From a bacterium CG_4_9_14_3_um_filter_65_15 (GTDB taxonomy: Bacteria; Krumholzibacteriota; Krumholzibacteriia; LZORAL124-64-63), in contig PFVX01000059.1 in NCBI GenBank assembly GCA_002790835.1, forward strand, positions 723 through 64,722: a stretch of 64,000 bases of DNA, written 5' to 3'. Positions 37,698 through 49,132 of the stretch are shown piece by piece (position 1 is the first letter of the stretch; each line of letters opens with the position of its first letter). The notes below the pieces were generated by a model. That model saw only the letters and a program-made list of their open reading frames with translations, did not search any database and was not told the origin of the DNA. Position numbers and translations under genes: made by a program.

Positions 37698-39130
37698 GAG
37701 GCGCCGCCTCGGAGCAGATCAAGGAACAACGTGGCCAGGGTCAAATAGACCAGCAACCCGAACACATCGTTGAAGGTGGTGATGAACGGGCCGGTCGCAA
37801 CGGCCGGGTCCACACCCAACCGGTGAAGCAACAAGGGAATTCCCGTGCCCACCATGGCGGCCAGGAGGATCACCAGCAACATGGCCAACCCCAGAACCAC
37901 CGACAGCACCGGATCCCCGTTGATCGCCACCGATAGCCCGTAGATGGCCACGGCCATGGCCAGCCCGGTCAGCAACGCGGTGCCCAATTCCCGCAGCATG
38001 TGACGGCCCAGATGAAAGAAACCCACTTCGCCGGTGGCCAGGCCGCGCACCACCACTGAGGATGTCTGCATGCCCGTGTTCCCGCCCAGGGCCATGATCA
38101 TGGGGATGTAGAAGGACAGGGCCACCACGCTTTGCAGGCTGGCCTCGAACCGCGTGAGCACCAGCACCGAGCCCAATTCCCCCGCCAGCGCCCCCAGCAG
38201 CCAGGGCAATCTCGACCGTGCGACCCGGAAGGCGGACTTTTCCCCGAACTCCTCGACGCTGACACCCGCCAGACGGGAAATGTCCTCGGTGGCCTCCTCC
38301 TCCAGCACGTCCATGACGTCGTCGGCCATGATCCGGCCCACCAGTCGCATGCGGTGATCCACGACGGGAAGGGAGACCAGATCGTGGGTCATGAAGAAGC
38401 TGGCCACCACCTCCTGGTCCAGGTCCACGTCCACATACAGAGGATCCTCCTCCATGACGTCCTGCATGTGGGCCTGGGGATCGGAAAGCAAAAGCCGGAA
38501 CAGCGGCAGGCGGCCCGTCAAGCGACCGGCACGATCAAGGGCGAAAACCGAATGGATGTCTTCCAGTTCGTCCTCTTCCATTCTGCGCAACAGGGCCACG
38601 GCCTCACCACAGGTCTGGTCCTCGCCAACGGCGATGAACTCCTTGTCCATCAGGCCGCCGGCCGTTTCCGGACCGTAGCGCATCAGTTCGCTGACTTCCT
38701 CCCGTTCTTCCTCCTCCATGGCAGCCAGGACCTCGGCCTGCTGCGCGACATCCAGTTCGCTGAGGATGTCGGCCGCCTCATCGGAGGGCATTTCCTCGAG
38801 GACTTCGGCGATCTCGTCGATGTCCAGGAGGGCGAAAAGGGCGCCCAGGCTGCGGTTGTCGATTTCCCCCAGGACCTCGGCCAGAGGGTCCGGCGGCAAC
38901 AGGCGCAGGATGCGTGCGGTGTCCTCAACGTTCAGGGGACGCAAAGTCTCCGAAAGGTCGCCGGGGGACAGTTCCAGGGCCAAATCCCGGATCTGCTCCA
39001 GTTCCTTTTCTTCGAGCAACTGGAGAAACCTCAGCCCCAGGGCATGCCGTTCGGCATCCAGATTGCTGGGATCCAGGATCCGTTCCTCGGACCTTTCCTG
39101 GGCGGGGTCGAGATTTTCGCCATCGGTCAC
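37694..39130 (-). CDS. mgtE: Magnesium transporter MgtE
   Basis: MgtE_N helices, YGPETAGGLM, CBS pair, ARSRLPWL, GGNTGMQ, LGVDPAVATGPFITTFNDV. Confidence 0.96.
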   Translation of the reverse strand: MTDGENLDPAQERSEERILDPSNLDAERHALGLRFLQLLEEKELEQIRDLALELSPGDLSETLRPLNVEDTARILRLLPPDPLAEVLGEIDNRSLGALFALLDIDEIAEVLEEMPSDEAADILSELDVAQQAEVLAAMEEEEREEVSELMRYGPETAGGLMDKEFIAVGEDQTCGEAVALLRRMEEDELEDIHSVFALDRAGRLTGRLPLFRLLLSDPQAHMQDVMEEDPLYVDVDLDQEVVASFFMTHDLVSLPVVDHRMRLVGRIMADDVMDVLEEEATEDISRLAGVSVEEFGEKSAFRVARSRLPWLLGALAGELGSVLVLTRFEASLQSVVALSFYIPMIMALGGNTGMQTSSVVVRGLATGEVGFFHLGRHMLRELGTALLTGLAMAVAIYGLSVAINGDPVLSVVLGLAMLLVILLAAMVGTGIPLLLHRLGVDPAVATGPFITTFNDVFGLLVYLTLATLFLDLLRGGAS

Positions 39131-39789
39131 GGTGTCAACTCCTGACTGGGTGGGGCCTCGGCACGCGACATCGCGGCCATTCCGCCCCTGATCTCTGAGA
39201 CCTGGGCCTTCGTCATGATGGATCCGCCGGAGACCACGAGTTTGATGGCTTCCTCCACGGCAATATCAAGGACCTGAACGTCCTCCGTAAGCACCAACAA
39301 CATATACCCGGAGGTGGGATTGGGCGTGGTCGGCAAAAACACGCTGACGACCCCGGCTTGGGGATCCTCGTGGGTCGTGAGCCCCAGGGAGTACATACCG
39401 GGCCGGGGGTAGGCGAAGAGGACCACCTTCTTGAAAGCCGTGCGCCGATCCTGCAGAAAGACCTCCGCAATCTGCTTGATGGCCGAGAATACGCTCTTGA
39501 CCACGGGAATACCCGCGAAGAACCGGTCCAACATGCGAAAGAAGGCGCCGCCGATGACGTTGCGGGCCAGCATCCCGATCAGCACGATCAGGCAGAACAC
39601 CACCCCGACCCCGATCAGGGTCAGGAAGAAATCGGGATAGGTCTCGGTGAGTGACGGCACCCTCGCCAACCAGGGTCCCATGGTGGCGCTGACCAACACG
39701 TAGGCACGCCACAGGATCCAGCTGGTGATCGCCAACGGCGACACGGCCAGCAGCCCGGTCAGGAAATGGCGTTGCAAAAAACGCAGCAT
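39127..39789 (-). CDS. DUF502 family membrane protein
   Basis: RHFLTGLL..PL.IT, IPVVKSVF..IKQI, YPRPG.Y..G, FLPTTPNPTSGY. Confidence 0.9.
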   Translation of the reverse strand: MLRFLQRHFLTGLLAVSPLAITSWILWRAYVLVSATMGPWLARVPSLTETYPDFFLTLIGVGVVFCLIVLIGMLARNVIGGAFFRMLDRFFAGIPVVKSVFSAIKQIAEVFLQDRRTAFKKVVLFAYPRPGMYSLGLTTHEDPQAGVVSVFLPTTPNPTSGYMLLVLTEDVQVLDIAVEEAIKLVVSGGSIMTKAQVSEIRGGMAAMSRAEAPPSQELTP

Positions 39790-39805
39790 GGCAACCTCGG
39801 GCCCG

Positions 39806-41158
39806 TCAGCCCTCCTCTTCCGTTTCCGGCAGTTCGCGGCGGGTGAAACCCGGGAGGTCCGATTCCGATTCCAGCAGGACCCTCAGGATCCGCTGCTCCT
39901 CCACATCCTCGATGGTGACGGCCAGCCCCCCCACCTGAATCAGGTCGCCGGGTGCGGGCACGTTGCCCGCGGCCTCGTAGATCAGGCCGCCCAGGGTCTC
40001 GCTGGTCTCCCAGCCGTCGACACCTTCCAGGTCCAGGCCCAGTTCCTGGCTCAAGTCGTCCAGGTCGATCTTGGGATCCAACCGGAGGTGGCGGGCGTCG
40101 ATCCACACCAGCAGCTCCTCCTCGGCGTCGAACTCGTCGCGGATCTCCCCGACGATCTCTTCCAGCACGTCCTCCAGGGTCACCAGCCCGGCGATGCCCC
40201 CGTACTCATCGATGACGACCGCCATGTGGATGCGCTGGGACCGGAACTCGTCCAGCATCTCGTCGATCTTCTTGCTTTCGGGAACGAAATAGGCCGGCCG
40301 GACCAGGGACGCCAGTTTCTGCCCGTTTGCAACCAGCTGCCCGCCCCGCACCAGCCGCAGCAGATCCTTGGAATAGAGGATCCCGATCACCTTGTCCATG
40401 CTGCCCTGGTAGAGGGGAATGCGTGAGTGCCCGCTCTCGATCACCGTCGGCAGGCTCGCGGCGATGTCGACATCCCCGTCGAGAACCACCATGTCGATGC
40501 GGGGGACCATGATCTCGCGCACCGAGGTATCGTGGAAGGAGAAGATACTCTGGATCATCTCGCGCTCGTCATCATCCAGGGCGCCGCTCTCGGAGTCCTC
40601 GGTTATCAGATTGCGGATTTCGCCGGCCGACAGGTGAGGCTGGGCGTCCCCGACCCAGAGGGTGTCGTCCAGCTTGTTCATCATTGCCAGCAGGAGGGCC
40701 GTGACCGGTCGCAATATCCAACCCAAAGGGAACAGGAACAATCCCACCACGCGGGCATATGTCAAGGCCGTGCCGGCTGCCAGCAGCTTGCAGACCAACC
40801 CGCCCAGGGTCCAGGCCAGAACGGCCGTCGCGACATAGAGCAGATGGAACGGAAAATCCAGGGGACCGGACCACAGCCGCGACAACAGGTGTCCCCAGGC
40901 GAAGCTGCCCATCACGGTCAAGGTCAGGTACAGGGTGCCGGAAGTCACCTGGAAGCGCCGGTCTTCCTCCAGGAACCCCCGGACGATCGGCCCCAGGGTG
41001 TCTTTTTCCAGCAGCCCGTTCCGGTATAACCCCATCAGTCGGTAGTGGGCGGTCATCAGGCCGCTCAGGAGCATGGCGCCAAGCCAGCCTCCCAGGCAGA
41101 GCGCCAGAGTCCCGCCTGCGCCGCCCCATCCCAACGCCATCCCGTCAATAGTTCCCAT
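39806..41158 (-). CDS. Hemolysin/CorC (CNNM-CBS-CorC) family transporter-associated protein
   Basis: N-terminal TM helices, VREIMVPRIDM, GHSRIPLY, VIDEYGGIAGLVTLEDVLEEIVGEI, CorC_HlyC domain. Confidence 0.9.
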   Translation of the reverse strand: MGTIDGMALGWGGAGGTLALCLGGWLGAMLLSGLMTAHYRLMGLYRNGLLEKDTLGPIVRGFLEEDRRFQVTSGTLYLTLTVMGSFAWGHLLSRLWSGPLDFPFHLLYVATAVLAWTLGGLVCKLLAAGTALTYARVVGLFLFPLGWILRPVTALLLAMMNKLDDTLWVGDAQPHLSAGEIRNLITEDSESGALDDDEREMIQSIFSFHDTSVREIMVPRIDMVVLDGDVDIAASLPTVIESGHSRIPLYQGSMDKVIGILYSKDLLRLVRGGQLVANGQKLASLVRPAYFVPESKKIDEMLDEFRSQRIHMAVVIDEYGGIAGLVTLEDVLEEIVGEIRDEFDAEEELLVWIDARHLRLDPKIDLDDLSQELGLDLEGVDGWETSETLGGLIYEAAGNVPAPGDLIQVGGLAVTIEDVEEQRILRVLLESESDLPGFTRRELPETEEEG

Positions 41159-41174
41159 GACCTCCTCTTTTCCG

Positions 41175-41696
41175 TCAAGCCAGCGGGTGTCTCAGTCCCA
41201 TCCCGGCCAACAGCCCGGATTCCCGATTCCGCATGTCCTTGCCCATCGCCGGATCCTCGTGATCCCACCCCAGCAAGTGCAGGCAGCCGTGGATCACCAG
41301 CAGGGCGAATTCCGCTTCCACCTGCCAGCCTTCCCGGACGCAGCGTTCGGTGACGAACCCCGGCGCCAGGACGATCTCACCCACCACGTCCCCGGCCTGG
41401 TCCACCCACAAATCGTGACAGGCCCCTCGCTGTCCGGCGCCCAGGTCCGGCTTGCCCTCTCCCGCATTTTGCAGGTACGAGAAGGACAGCACGTCGGTGA
41501 CGCCTTCGCGGCCGCGGTAGGTGTGGTTGAGTTCCGCCACTTCCCCATCAGCGGCCAGGACGAGATTGGCCGGCCAATCCGGCTCGCCCAACCCCGCCAC
41601 GACCTCGGCCAGCAGGGGCGGCAATTCCGCCCCGTCCACCCAGCAACCGGTTCGCAAGGGCGCAACATCGCGGCGGTCAACGACCGAGAGGATCAC
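41175..41696 (-). CDS. ybeY: rRNA maturation endoribonuclease YbeY
   Basis: LN..YRG...TDVLSF, VGEIVL, HGCLHLLGWDH. Confidence 0.93.
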   Translation of the reverse strand: MILSVVDRRDVAPLRTGCWVDGAELPPLLAEVVAGLGEPDWPANLVLAADGEVAELNHTYRGREGVTDVLSFSYLQNAGEGKPDLGAGQRGACHDLWVDQAGDVVGEIVLAPGFVTERCVREGWQVEAEFALLVIHGCLHLLGWDHEDPAMGKDMRNRESGLLAGMGLRHPLA

Positions 41697-43993
41697 GACC
41701 GCGACTCCTTGTCCCGACCGCCCGCATCGGGGGCATCCTCCTTGTCCTTCGATTCCACCGGCTCCCGGCGCTGGCCGGGATAGGCGATGCGGGAATGGTG
41801 GATTCCCGTCAGGAGGGGAATGAAGGCTTCGCGGATCATGGCCAGATCCCGCAGGGTCAGATCGGATTGGTCCAGTTCACCGGCCAACATGCGCTTGTCG
41901 ATGATCTGCTTGACCATTTCCCGGATCCGGCTCGGAGTCGGGCGGGCCAGGGACCGCGTGGCCGCTTCGGTCGCGTCCGCAAGCATCAGGACCGCGGTTT
42001 CCCGGGAGTGAGGTTTGGGGCCGGGATAACGGAAGTCATCAACCTTCACCGTCTTGTTTCCCTCGCCCTCCAGGGCCTTCCGGTAGAAGAACTCCATGAC
42101 CATGGTCCCGTGGTGTTCGGGGATGAAATCGATGACCGTCTGCGGCAGGCGCCACTTGCGGGCCAGTTCGATGCCTTCCTTCACGTGGGCGGCGATCACC
42201 AGGGCACTCATGCTCGGGCTCAATTCATCATGTTTGTTCAGGTTCGGGCTCTGGTTTTCCACGTAGTACTCGGATTTTTCCATTTTGCCGATATCGTGGA
42301 ACAGGGCCCCCACCCGCGTCAGCAAGGCGTTGGCGTTGATGGATCGCGCGGCCTGCTCGGCAAGCTGTCCCACCACCTGGCTGTGGTGGTAGGTCCCCTG
42401 GGCCTCCAGAGCCATGCGCTGCAGAAGGGGGTGGTTGAGGTCCGACAATTCCAGCAAGGTCAGGTCGGAGCAGATCCCCACCAGCGGTTCGACCACCGGC
42501 AACAGGAACATCCCGAACGCTACCGACAGCACGGGGGTAAAAATCGCCACCAGCAGCCACGCCCCTTGCCCCTGACCGCCGGCGAGTGCGCCCTCGGGCA
42601 ACAGGGCGCCCTGCAGGACGGACAATCCAGTCAGCAGGACAATGGTCCGGTAGAACTGGCTCCGCTTCTGGATGCGGCGCACCGAAATCACCGTGACCAT
42701 TCCGAGCACCAACCAGAAGAAGGCAACCTGGGACGGCAACTCGGGCAGAAGGACCAGCAACAACAGGGCCAGCAAAGTGGCCGCATACCCCACCTGCTCC
42801 CGGAACAGGACCGTGGCCAGCAGCGCCAACAGGACGATCGGCACGGCCAAGGCACCCAAACTTGGATGCCCCAGGGCAAACGACGACCCGGCCAGGAACA
42901 GACCCAGGATCACGGTCAGGGCTCCGGACCAGCGTAAATTCCCGATCAATGCCGGAAAATGCAGGAGCCCCAACCAGGCGAACATACCCAGGCCGATGGC
43001 GATGACAAGGCCGCGCAAAACGTACCGGACAATTCGATCCCAGCTGTTTCCGCCGCCTCCGCGGGCCTGGATCTGCCGGGCGAGTTCTTCCAGGAACCGG
43101 GCCTGTTCCTCGGTGACCCTCACCCCCTGATCCACGATCCTTTCCCCGGTAATGAAGTCCCGCGTGGTGGGGACCTGCTGGCGAACGGCATCCTGGCGGG
43201 CCTGGGTGGCTTGGGGGTCATACACCAGATTGGGCGCCAGGAGGGGGCGCAACAAGGCCGCCCCATCGGCAGCCTCGATCGGAGCCACCCCTGCCTCGCG
43301 CAGGACGGCCAGCAATCGTTCCTCCAGGCGGGACTGGGTCACCACCTGCGCCAGTCTGACGGTCGTCTCCTCATTCCCCTCGACCACGGTCACCCGGTCA
43401 TACTTGCCCGCGGGCAGCATATCGGCCAGCAGCCCGGTCACCACCGTATCGGCGGCACGCTTCAGGCGAACCAGGGCCGAATCGGGGTGTTCGGCTTCCA
43501 GCAGGCGTCTCAACCCCGTCGCGCTGGTCATGGGGAACTGCAGGGCCAACAGGCCGGCTTCGGCCTCGGCATTCAGGGTGTCGATCTGGGCGGACTGAAG
43601 GGCGGCGAAAAAGTCGTTCAAGCGCCGGTTCTGGGATGCGACCGTTGCCGCGGGAAGGCGCTTCAGGGTCGGCGGAACCTCGACCACGCGAGCCAGCCGC
43701 AGCATGCGCACTTCCTGTTCGGGTAGGGGCGCAGAAAAAGGAAAGGGCGCCCGGATCTCGCGGTCGGCGATATCGCCGACTGCAGAAAAATCCTGGGCAA
43801 AGCGGGGTACCGGCGGGAACAGAACCAGGTGCAGCACCAGGACCACGAAACCCAGCCCCACCAGCCAGAGCCTGGAGTGCCCGCCTTTGGCGGGATCGGA
43901 GCTGGAGAAGCGACCGCGCAGATTCCGCCTCACGGCCTCACGGTCGCGGCGCAGACGGGCGGGGATTTCGCGCAGGCGCAGCCACCACATCAT
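41693..43993 (-). CDS. 7TM-HD family phosphohydrolase (PgpH/YqfF-like, probable c-di-AMP phosphodiesterase)
   Basis: Extracytoplasmic domain, about 7 TM helices, LLELSD.N.PLL, GTYHHS, FHDIGK, AHVKEG, EHHGT, YPGPKP, LADATEAA. Confidence 0.9.
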   Translation of the reverse strand: MMWWLRLREIPARLRRDREAVRRNLRGRFSSSDPAKGGHSRLWLVGLGFVVLVLHLVLFPPVPRFAQDFSAVGDIADREIRAPFPFSAPLPEQEVRMLRLARVVEVPPTLKRLPAATVASQNRRLNDFFAALQSAQIDTLNAEAEAGLLALQFPMTSATGLRRLLEAEHPDSALVRLKRAADTVVTGLLADMLPAGKYDRVTVVEGNEETTVRLAQVVTQSRLEERLLAVLREAGVAPIEAADGAALLRPLLAPNLVYDPQATQARQDAVRQQVPTTRDFITGERIVDQGVRVTEEQARFLEELARQIQARGGGGNSWDRIVRYVLRGLVIAIGLGMFAWLGLLHFPALIGNLRWSGALTVILGLFLAGSSFALGHPSLGALAVPIVLLALLATVLFREQVGYAATLLALLLLVLLPELPSQVAFFWLVLGMVTVISVRRIQKRSQFYRTIVLLTGLSVLQGALLPEGALAGGQGQGAWLLVAIFTPVLSVAFGMFLLPVVEPLVGICSDLTLLELSDLNHPLLQRMALEAQGTYHHSQVVGQLAEQAARSINANALLTRVGALFHDIGKMEKSEYYVENQSPNLNKHDELSPSMSALVIAAHVKEGIELARKWRLPQTVIDFIPEHHGTMVMEFFYRKALEGEGNKTVKVDDFRYPGPKPHSRETAVLMLADATEAATRSLARPTPSRIREMVKQIIDKRMLAGELDQSDLTLRDLAMIREAFIPLLTGIHHSRIAYPGQRREPVESKDKEDAPDAGGRDKESRS

Positions 43994-44028
43994 CGGCCTC
44001 CTTTCTACTGAACCGGAAAAAACCGACC

Positions 44029-45021
44029 TCACGAGGACTCTTTGCTTTGGGGCGGAGCGTCGAAAGCTTCCACGATCCGCTGCACCAGGGGATGCCGGAC
44101 GATATCCGAACCGTCCAGATCCACGAACCCGACTCCAGGTGTATGTTGCAGGATTTCCCGCACATACACAAGACCGGACTGCTCCCGATCCGCCAGATCC
44201 ACCTGGGTGATGTCTCCGGTAACGACGGCCTTGGAGTGGAAGCCCAGCCGGGTCAGGAACATCTTCATTTGTCCAATGGTGGTGTTCTGTGCCTCATCCA
44301 GGATGACGAATGCGTTGTTCAGGGTCCGTCCCCTCATGTAGGCCAACGGAGAGGCCTCGATGACGCCGGTGGACATCAGCTTGGCGATCCGACCGGCCGA
44401 AATGATGTCGGCCAGGGAATCGAACAGGGGGCGCAGATAGGGGTTGATCTTCTCCTGCAGGTCACCGGGGAGAAAACCCAACTGCTCTCCGGCCTCGACC
44501 GCGGGCCGCACCAGGATGATGCGGTCCACGAGCTGGCGCTTCAGGTAATCCATGGCCATGACGACGGCCAGGAAGGTTTTTCCCGTGCCCGCGGGCCCAA
44601 CCCCGAATACCACATCGTAGGCGCGGATGGCGTCGATATAGACCTGCTGCCCCGGCGTGCGGACGCGGATGGATCCGCGTTGTCCCGAACCCGGCATCAG
44701 GACCTGGCCATCGGTTCCCCCGACGGACTCCCCCGGGTCGGACCGCCCCTGGCGCGCGCACACGTAATCCAGGGTGACCCGGTCGATGAACTGGCCACGG
44801 CGCACCCGCTCGACCAGGCCCGCCAGGACACCCTGCAGTTCGGCGACTGCCGGCGCTTCCCCATCCATGCGCAGACGATCTCCGCGCACGGCGATCCTGA
44901 CCCCGAAGTGCTTCTCCAGGAAGCGCAGGTTCACGTCCTTGGGACCCAACAGGGATAGCTGGTCGACATCCCCCAGATCGAATTCGGCGCGTGTCCCTTC
45001 CTGAGCGTTGTGGCCGCTCAT
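44029..45021 (-). CDS. phoH: PhoH family ATPase
   Basis: [53 protein letters not shown]. Confidence 0.95.
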   Translation of the reverse strand: MSGHNAQEGTRAEFDLGDVDQLSLLGPKDVNLRFLEKHFGVRIAVRGDRLRMDGEAPAVAELQGVLAGLVERVRRGQFIDRVTLDYVCARQGRSDPGESVGGTDGQVLMPGSGQRGSIRVRTPGQQVYIDAIRAYDVVFGVGPAGTGKTFLAVVMAMDYLKRQLVDRIILVRPAVEAGEQLGFLPGDLQEKINPYLRPLFDSLADIISAGRIAKLMSTGVIEASPLAYMRGRTLNNAFVILDEAQNTTIGQMKMFLTRLGFHSKAVVTGDITQVDLADREQSGLVYVREILQHTPGVGFVDLDGSDIVRHPLVQRIVEAFDAPPQSKESS

Positions 45022-46832
45022 TTTCCCCCCGACTCCCCATCGCCGGACTTCGGCGGGGTGATGGCCAGGTTGAGTTCGGCGAGCTGGGCCGGACTGATGG
45101 GACCGGGGCTCCCGTCCAGGGGCGAAGCCGCCAGGGTCGTTTTGGGAAAGGCGATCACCTCACGCAGGGACGGGCTGCCGGTCAAGAGCATGACGATGCG
45201 ATCGAGGCCCAGGGCGATTCCTCCGTGAGGCGGGGCGCCAAAACCGAGGGCATCCAGGAAGAATCCGAACTTGGCCAGGTATTCCTCCTCATCCAGGCCC
45301 ACGATGCGGAACACGCGTTCCTGGAGTTCACGCTGGTGGATCCGGATGCTGCCTGAACCGAGTTCGACCCCGTTGCAGACCAGATCGTAGAGCTGGGCCC
45401 GCGCGGCGCCGGGATCAGCTTCCAGGTTCTCTACATCCTCGGGCCTCGGCAAGGTGAACATGTGGTGGCACGCGGCCCACCCTCCATCGGGCGCGGCCTC
45501 GAACAGGGGGAAGTTCCGCACCCAGGCCAGGGCCCAGACACCCTCGGGGATCCAGTCCGCCGCCGCGGCCGCCTCCAGGCGGACGGCGCCCAGGGCCCGA
45601 CGAGCCTTTCCCTGTTCCCCGGCCACGAACAGCAGCAGATCCCCCTCGCGGGCACCGGTCCTCTCCTGCAAAGATTCGACGAATCCGGCGGCAAGGAATT
45701 TCCCGATTCCACCGTCCACACCCTCGGCCGTCACCTTGGTGCGCGCCAGGCCGAAGGCTCCGTGCTTCTTGGCCACGAGTTCCAATTCGTCCACCTGCTT
45801 GCGGCTCCAGGCCGCCAGCCCGGGCGCGCTCAGGCAGCGCACGGTCCCGCCCCCCGCCAGGGCATCCTCGAATACCTTGAACCCGCATCCCGGAACCAGA
45901 TCGTCGACGTTGTGCATGGGGTGCCCGAAACGCAGATCCGGTTTGTCCGAACCATACAGATCCATGGCCTCGTCGTAGTTGAGGCGTGGGAAGGGAGTGG
46001 GGAGATTCAGGCCCAGGGTTTCGGCAAAAATGGACGCCATCATCTCCTCGACCACGGCGTAGATGTCGTTCTCCCCCACGAAGCTCATTTCCAGGTCGAT
46101 CTGGGTGTGCTCGGGTTGACGATCCTTCCGCAGGTCCTCGTCGCGCAGACAGCGGGCCAGCTGGAAATACCGGTCCACCCCTCCGGCCATGAGGATCTGT
46201 TTGTACAGCTGGGGAGATTGCGGGAGGGCATAGAATTGTCCGTGGTGGATCCGGCTGGGGACCACGTAGTCCCGCGCACCCTCGGGGGTGGTCCGGATCA
46301 GCATGGGTGTTTCCACCTCCAGAAACCCGTGGTCCGAAAGGTAGCGGCGCGCAGCCATGGCCGCGCGGTGGCGGATCTCCAGGTTGCGCAGCATCTCCGG
46401 CCGCCTCAGGTGGAGATAGCGATACTTCAGCCTCAGCTCCTCGCCGGCCCGATCGGCCTGATCGAGCTGGAACGGCAGCGGCGCGCACCCATTGAGAATC
46501 TCCGCCTTGCGCGCCACCATCTCCACCTCGCCGGTGGCCTTGTCGGGGTTGACCATGCCGTCGGGGCGGCGGCGCACCTCACCGGTGAAACCCAGCACCG
46601 ACTCCAGCTTGAACCCGTCGGCCAGGGCCAGGGGGGCGCCGTCCTCGCACACGATCTGCAACTCGCCGTACCGGTCGCGAAGGTCCACGAACACCACGCC
46701 GCCCAGGTTGCGGATGCGTCCCGCCCAACCGGCAACGCTGATGGTCTGACCCACCTGTTCCACGCCGACTTCGCCGCAGCGGTGGGTGCGCAGATTCGTT
46801 TCCATATCGTCGTGTTGATTCATTCGGTTCAC
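45018..46832 (-). CDS. aspS: Aspartate--tRNA ligase
   Basis: [59 protein letters not shown]. Confidence 0.97.
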   Translation of the reverse strand: MNRMNQHDDMETNLRTHRCGEVGVEQVGQTISVAGWAGRIRNLGGVVFVDLRDRYGELQIVCEDGAPLALADGFKLESVLGFTGEVRRRPDGMVNPDKATGEVEMVARKAEILNGCAPLPFQLDQADRAGEELRLKYRYLHLRRPEMLRNLEIRHRAAMAARRYLSDHGFLEVETPMLIRTTPEGARDYVVPSRIHHGQFYALPQSPQLYKQILMAGGVDRYFQLARCLRDEDLRKDRQPEHTQIDLEMSFVGENDIYAVVEEMMASIFAETLGLNLPTPFPRLNYDEAMDLYGSDKPDLRFGHPMHNVDDLVPGCGFKVFEDALAGGGTVRCLSAPGLAAWSRKQVDELELVAKKHGAFGLARTKVTAEGVDGGIGKFLAAGFVESLQERTGAREGDLLLFVAGEQGKARRALGAVRLEAAAAADWIPEGVWALAWVRNFPLFEAAPDGGWAACHHMFTLPRPEDVENLEADPGAARAQLYDLVCNGVELGSGSIRIHQRELQERVFRIVGLDEEEYLAKFGFFLDALGFGAPPHGGIALGLDRIVMLLTGSPSLREVIAFPKTTLAASPLDGSPGPISPAQLAELNLAITPPKSGDGESGGK

Positions 46833-48103
46833 CCTTCCAGGACCTCCCTGACGGCGGCAAGCAACCGCTGTCGTTCCACGGGTATCTGTTCGCCCGTGTC
46901 CAGGTTCTTGAGCTGCAAAGTTCCGGTTTCGCGTTCGGTCTCGCCCACGGTGAGCAGGATGCGCGCCCGGCGCAGGTTGGCCGTCTTGGCCTGAGCTTTC
47001 ATGGACCGCAAGGTCGTGTCGATCTCCACCCGGCAGAATCCGCGCAGCAGGTCGCAGGCCGCCAGCCCGAAACGCTGGGAAGGCTCATCGAGACAGGCCA
47101 CGTAGACGTCCACCTGGGTCTGCCGACTGCGCTGGGGATCAATAACCTCGTCGGCCAGATGCAGCAAGGTGCGTTCGATGCCGGCGGAGAACCCGACTGC
47201 GGGCGTATCCGGTCCCCCGCATTGGCCGATGAGTCCGTCGTAGCGCCCGCCTCCGGCCAGGCTGCTCTGCTTGCGGCCGGTTTCCGCAGTGATCTCGAAA
47301 GTCGTGCGACCGTAGTAATCCAGTCCCCGGACCAGCCCCGGCTCTTCCCTGAAGAGGATGCCGAGATCGCCAAGACAGCCCAGGACCACGGCATGGTGGG
47401 TGCGGCAGGCCGGACAAAGGGCCTCGGTAATGGGCTTGAATTCCGTCAACAGGTTCTGGACCTCGTCGTCCTTGGCGTCGAAAAGTCGCAGCGGGTTGAC
47501 CGCGATCCGCTCCTGGAAGGCCGGCGGAATCCGCTCCATGTTGGCTTCCAGGAATTCCCGCAGGTCGGCCACGTAGCCCGGCTTGCACTCGGGGCATCCG
47601 ATGGAGTTGACGAGCACGGTCAAACCGCGGGCATCGACGGCATCGAACAGGGCCATGGCCGTCTGGATGACCTCGGCATCCAGGACCGGGCTCGCCGACC
47701 CGATGGCCTCGACTCCGACCTGGTGGAACTGGCGATACCTTCCCGCCTGGGGACGATCGTGGCGAAACATGGGCGCCATGTAGTAGAACTTGACCGTTCC
47801 GGGCTGGCGAGTCAGTCCGTTTTCCAGATAAGCCCTGACCACCGAGGCTGTCATCTCCGGCCGCAGGCACAACTGCTCGCCACCGCGCGATTCGAAACTG
47901 TACATTTCCTTGTCGACGATATCGGTACCGTCTCCGACCGAGCGCAGAAACAATCCGGCCGGCTCGATCACCGGCGTGCGGATCTCGCCGTAACCGTAAC
48001 GGGACAGCACCTCGTTCCAACGCTCTTCGCACCAGTGCCACCGCTCGATTTCCTCGAGCATGAGGTCCCGGGTCCCCTTCAGCCGGCGGAACTTGATATC
48101 CAT
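46829..48103 (-). CDS. hisS: Histidine--tRNA ligase
   Basis: [51 protein letters not shown]. Confidence 0.97.
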   Translation of the reverse strand: MDIKFRRLKGTRDLMLEEIERWHWCEERWNEVLSRYGYGEIRTPVIEPAGLFLRSVGDGTDIVDKEMYSFESRGGEQLCLRPEMTASVVRAYLENGLTRQPGTVKFYYMAPMFRHDRPQAGRYRQFHQVGVEAIGSASPVLDAEVIQTAMALFDAVDARGLTVLVNSIGCPECKPGYVADLREFLEANMERIPPAFQERIAVNPLRLFDAKDDEVQNLLTEFKPITEALCPACRTHHAVVLGCLGDLGILFREEPGLVRGLDYYGRTTFEITAETGRKQSSLAGGGRYDGLIGQCGGPDTPAVGFSAGIERTLLHLADEVIDPQRSRQTQVDVYVACLDEPSQRFGLAACDLLRGFCRVEIDTTLRSMKAQAKTANLRRARILLTVGETERETGTLQLKNLDTGEQIPVERQRLLAAVREVLEG

Positions 48104-48184
48104 GGTTTTCCTTCGCTGGTTGGATCCGTGCCGATGACGGCCTGGTCGCGGACCGGCTCCCGACTCGTCAACTCACAATATCAT

Positions 48185-49132
48185 TCATGGGGCCTGCAGA
48201 GGCCAATGACGGGGGAAATTTCGCCGCACCAGGTCCAGGTCCGGCTCCAAAAGCAGATTGAAACCGGCCAGGTTCATGCTCCCCAGACCGGCGACCAGAC
48301 CGGCTACCGCGGAGTCTTGATCCTTTCCGTCACGCCCCAGCAGGGTTAGCCTGTCCCCCAGGTTCAAGCGCTGGGACGCCGACACCCTGCGGGATACCAG
48401 CAGCATCAGATCGGGCGCAGGCGGCGTCATGACCTCTCGACCCCATTCTGTTTCCGACAGGAGGCCCGCCGCGAAAAATCGATCCGCATCCCACTGCCGC
48501 ACCACGGCGAAATCGAAACATCCCGTCCGCAGCGCCATCAGGGCACCGGTATGATCATACGGGTCGGCGCCGTAGACCGGCCCCAGGGGAGGCGGCTGCG
48601 GCGGGTCCGCCGGATGGTGGCGACGCCAGGGACCGGTGGCCGTCAGGGAAAGCGAATCGCCGACGATGGTCCGGGCCGGTTGGTTCCGCCAGGGAGCCTG
48701 CTCCCGTTCGACGGACTTGCGGAACAGCAACACTCCTCGGGGGCGCAGATTTCGGGGTGCCAGGCGGCGACCGGAAACCAGGGGCAAATAGCGCTCGCTC
48801 GGAACATCGATCCCCACGCCGTCGGGACAGAGAACAAACTCCGGATCTCCGGCCAACGCATCGCGGAACTCGGCACCGTTGCGCACGATCTCCACCGCGA
48901 GGGACCGATGTTGAATTCCCCCCAGGTAATCACCCAGCGGTTCGTACACCCCATCCCTGCGGGCAGGGAGACACGACGGATCCAGGATCACCAGCTTGGC
49001 CCGGGAGCCCGCAGGGTGGCGGATGGGAAACAATTGCGCCCCCACGGCCAGCAACAGCACACAGGCGCCCGTCAGGACGGCCACGCGCCGCCCACCCCAG
49101 CTGCGGGAAGCAGAAGTGGCCGGATCAGTCAC
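48185..49132 (-). CDS. Divergent PhnD-like (phosphate/phosphonate-type) substrate-binding protein
   Basis: N-terminal TM/signal; YEPLGDYL, DSLSLTATG, DHTGALMAL..G.FD pattern resembles the PhnD fold; GTG start with GGAGG overlaps the ybbR stop. Confidence 0.55.
   Translation of the reverse strand: MTDPATSASRSWGGRRVAVLTGACVLLLAVGAQLFPIRHPAGSRAKLVILDPSCLPARRDGVYEPLGDYLGGIQHRSLAVEIVRNGAEFRDALAGDPEFVLCPDGVGIDVPSERYLPLVSGRRLAPRNLRPRGVLLFRKSVEREQAPWRNQPARTIVGDSLSLTATGPWRRHHPADPPQPPPLGPVYGADPYDHTGALMALRTGCFDFAVVRQWDADRFFAAGLLSETEWGREVMTPPAPDLMLLVSRRVSASQRLNLGDRLTLLGRDGKDQDSAVAGLVAGLGSMNLAGFNLLLEPDLDLVRRNFPRHWPLQAP

Noticed and set aside
46560-46740. AspRS discriminating versus non-discriminating signature (RNLGG with RPDG)
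   Set aside because: Mixed Leu/Gly residues also occur in known non-discriminating enzymes, so this is not diagnostic by eye.
48104-48184. T-box leader for hisS-aspS or glyQS
   Set aside because: The gaps are too short (81 bp and 6 bp) and no T-box consensus is present.
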